A stretch of DNA of 9,304 nt from Prasinococcaceae sp. CCMP 1430 (Eukaryota; Plantae; Prasinodermophyta): positions 1 through 9,304 of the forward strand of contig RQSC01000882.1 in NCBI GenBank assembly GCA_013416795.1. The letters are read 5' to 3'. Position numbers and translations under genes: made by a program. This document shows positions 7,570-9,304 of the stretch, piece after piece (position 1 is the stretch's first letter; each line of letters begins with the position of its first letter). The notes below the pieces were generated by a model that was not told the DNA's origin, did no database searches, and saw nothing but the letters and a program-made list of their open reading frames with translations.

Positions 7570-7855
7570 TGCAAGGAGTTGTGATGCGTACCATTTCACA
7601 CACTATCTTTACGCCACACTTTAATCATATTTTTCGTGATGCTGCGTGGTGGTGCATGTGGATCGCAAAAGTGGTGTCCACAGGACAAGCAGCTGGCTAA
7701 ACCTCAACCTCGAGTGGTGTCCGACATAGTTGAAGGCACGAGCTATGGAGTTGCGACAGCTGTCATGCTCGTGCGTCTCCGCATCGGTATTTTGTCGTGT
7801 GTACTGATCAATCATGGCTCCATGATGATTATGCATAGCTTCTAAATTAATTGCA
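7570..7855 (+). repeat. Candidate 3' LTR (start fairly likely, end tentative)
   Basis: It starts TGCAA directly after the PPT. The complementary TTGCA at 7851-7855 would give a 286-bp TG...CA LTR. No second copy exists in the window, so the LTR could be much longer. Confidence 0.3.
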
Positions 7856-8161
7856 ATGCATTATTACTACTATTTGCGTCCCTTTCCGTTGTTACGTGAG
7901 TCAATTCATGTTTGAGGGCGCTTTGCTATTTAAATTTCGTCACCTGTGACAGCCTATGTTGGATTTGTGGTGAATGCTTGTGCTTCCACGAGCAAACGCG
8001 CCTCACATGTAGCGTTACAACTATGTTTGTCACGTTCGCGTACTCCTCGAGCGCCCCCGACGCGCGAGTTAAGTGCTCGTGGCATTTTCCTAAGGCGTGC
8101 GACCCTAAACATGTGCCCAATGTCACCCAGGGCGCAATTTTGGGCCTGTCGCGCCTTAACG

Positions 8162-8235
8162 CGCGACTTTTCGTCGAAATCGCGATTTTCGCGCGATTTT
8201 CGCTATTTTCGCGATTTTCGCGCTGAAACGCGCGA
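8162..8235. repeat. CpG-dense short tandem array, unit CGCGATTTT
   Basis: Units lie at 8181-8189, 8192-8200, 8201-8209 (CGCTATTTT) and 8210-8218, with a variant CGCGACTTTT at 8162-8171. There are 17 CpG in 74 bp and an embedded palindrome AAATCGCGATTT at 8177-8188. Degenerate copies occur at 8261-8268 and 8271-8279. Confidence 0.85.
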
Positions 8236-8403
8236 CGTAGCGTCGAAGTTACCTACTTAGCGCGATTTGGGCGATTTTTGGGTTTTTGGAGTCGTTAGGA
8301 GTGCGACTGCGCGCTTATCGCGCCCGTAGCTATAGTTCTGATCTTTATACACTGTCGTAGCTATGTGGACGCGTTATAGGTGCCCACCCAGTCCCGACTG
8401 GGT

Positions 8404-8917
8404 TAGATTTTTGCGTGACAGCGGCGGCGGCGCATGGATTTCTGAGATCCATGGCGGATTAGTCATGCCGCCATGAAACATGGTTTCTTGGCGCTCAGGT
8501 AGCCATTTTGCATCCCGTTTGGCTTGACAGATCGCTTCTCCTTGCCATGCGGACCTCATCTGGACTTACTGCAGTGAAAATGGTGGAGTCTTCTTCATTA
8601 TCCTGTGGGTTCAAGGTCGTGTGCTGCAAAACATGGTGAGTCCAATGCATGTCCGTGAGCTACATCCGGTTCTAGCGATCAATATGAAAGGCTATATGCT
8701 TCCAAAATCAACCATCTGACAGGGATAAACTGCTGAACCATGCTGGAACAACCCACGTTTGCATCTTGAGCTCACACATCGCTGTCACAGCAAATTCTCC
8801 ACGAACTCATGAAACCTCATTGTGGGCATAACACGCATAACCATTAGCATTATTTTGTGCTTCTATGGCTTGCTCTATGCCCGGCCTGATGGCCATCCCC
8901 TTTCACGCAAAAATCTA
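8404..8917. repeat. Perfect 15-bp inverted repeat pair (possible MITE-like element with TA target duplication)
   Basis: TAGATTTTTGCGTGA (8404-8418) is the exact reverse complement of TCACGCAAAAATCTA (8903-8917). It can be read as TA + 13-bp TIR ... TIR + TA. The repeat is directly visible, but the MITE call is inferred. Confidence 0.45.
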
Positions 8918-9304
8918 TCTTCTTTCACACAAGATTGTGAGGGTTACAACGATCTCATCATGATGCAACGTGAGTTGTTTTAAACCATGTTATGTATTTG
9001 GAATCCATTGAGGGTTTGTTGAACCCCATTTCTTCATGAGACCCATGGTATAAATTTGTGCACTGTTGACAACTTCCCAACTGAATGAAGTGTCATATGG
9101 GAGACATTTTGTTCAAAACGTTCATGATGTCGCTTTGAGTCACAATTTTCTTTGCTACGATTCAATCTCGTGATCCATCATTCTTGTTTAGGCCTGGTGT
9201 TGGCCATCCTTGTTTTGTTTTGCCTGTCTGAAGGCAACTCTCTTGGTCACGAGGTTTGGTGATACGTGTTGAGGCCGTCTAGGCCATCCTTTGATCTTCG
9301 TGCG

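Larger units (their letters stand above)
397..7855 (+). mobile_element. Ty3/Gypsy LTR retrotransposon carrying a DNA methyltransferase and a PHD finger (boundaries uncertain; 5' LTR not identified in the window)
   Basis: A single ORF has Gag-CCHC, PR (DSG), RT (YIDD), RNase H and IN. The PR-RT-RH-IN order is diagnostic of Ty3/Gypsy (Copia places IN before RT). A PPT-like AGGGGGGG followed by TG lies 77 bp after the stop. The end coordinate is a tentative LTR end. Confidence 0.9.

Noticed and set aside
8162-8483. CRISPR array or RNA gene interpretation of the repeats and hairpins
   Set aside because: There is no repeat-spacer periodicity, no cas genes and no tRNA cloverleaf or rRNA signature.
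7437-8559. Short ORFs downstream of pol (7437-7700, 7636-7845, 7912-8226, 7946-8260, 8374-8559 and others)
   Set aside because: They show no domain signal and no env-like transmembrane pattern. The 7.9-8.3 kb ORFs translate the CG-rich repeat (RDFR/SRFS low complexity).
8570-8623. Possible 54-nt minus-strand exon (TTTTGCAG acceptor, HTTLNPQDNEEDSTIFTA, GTAAGT donor)
   Set aside because: The splice signals are good, but I found no partner exons or recognisable protein. An isolated match is not enough without RNA-seq.
33-9235. Short matches between window start and end (GCCTGTCAGAAGGC near 33 versus GCCTGTCTGAAGGC near 9222; GATCTCATC; TTTGTTCAA) as a possible LTR pair
   Set aside because: The matches are 14 nt or shorter and do not extend into a collinear alignment, so they are compatible with chance.

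Overview
The window is eukaryotic, most likely streptophyte (plant or charophyte; inferred, not proven). It is dominated by one uninterrupted + strand ORF (open from 397, first ATG 448, stop 7483-7485) encoding a Ty3/Gypsy-type Gag-Pol polyprotein. The domain order is Gag capsid, three CCHC zinc knuckles, aspartic protease, DNMT3-like C5 cytosine DNA methyltransferase, reverse transcriptase, RNase H, integrase and a C-terminal PHD finger. The main result is an apparently intact retrotransposon carrying its own methylation writer (catalytic motifs intact) in frame between protease and RT, plus a histone-reader PHD finger on the integrase end. DNMT-bearing retrotransposons have been reported in dinoflagellates and charophyte algae, so novelty depends on host and phylogeny, which I cannot determine here. 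Upstream there is a dense telo-box (AAACCCTA) cluster. Downstream there is a PPT-like AG7 tract followed by TG (likely 3' LTR start at 7570), a CpG-dense CGCGATTTT tandem array, a cluster of short palindromes and a perfect 15-bp inverted repeat pair about 500 bp apart. No LTR pair, PBS or TSD could be confirmed inside the window.
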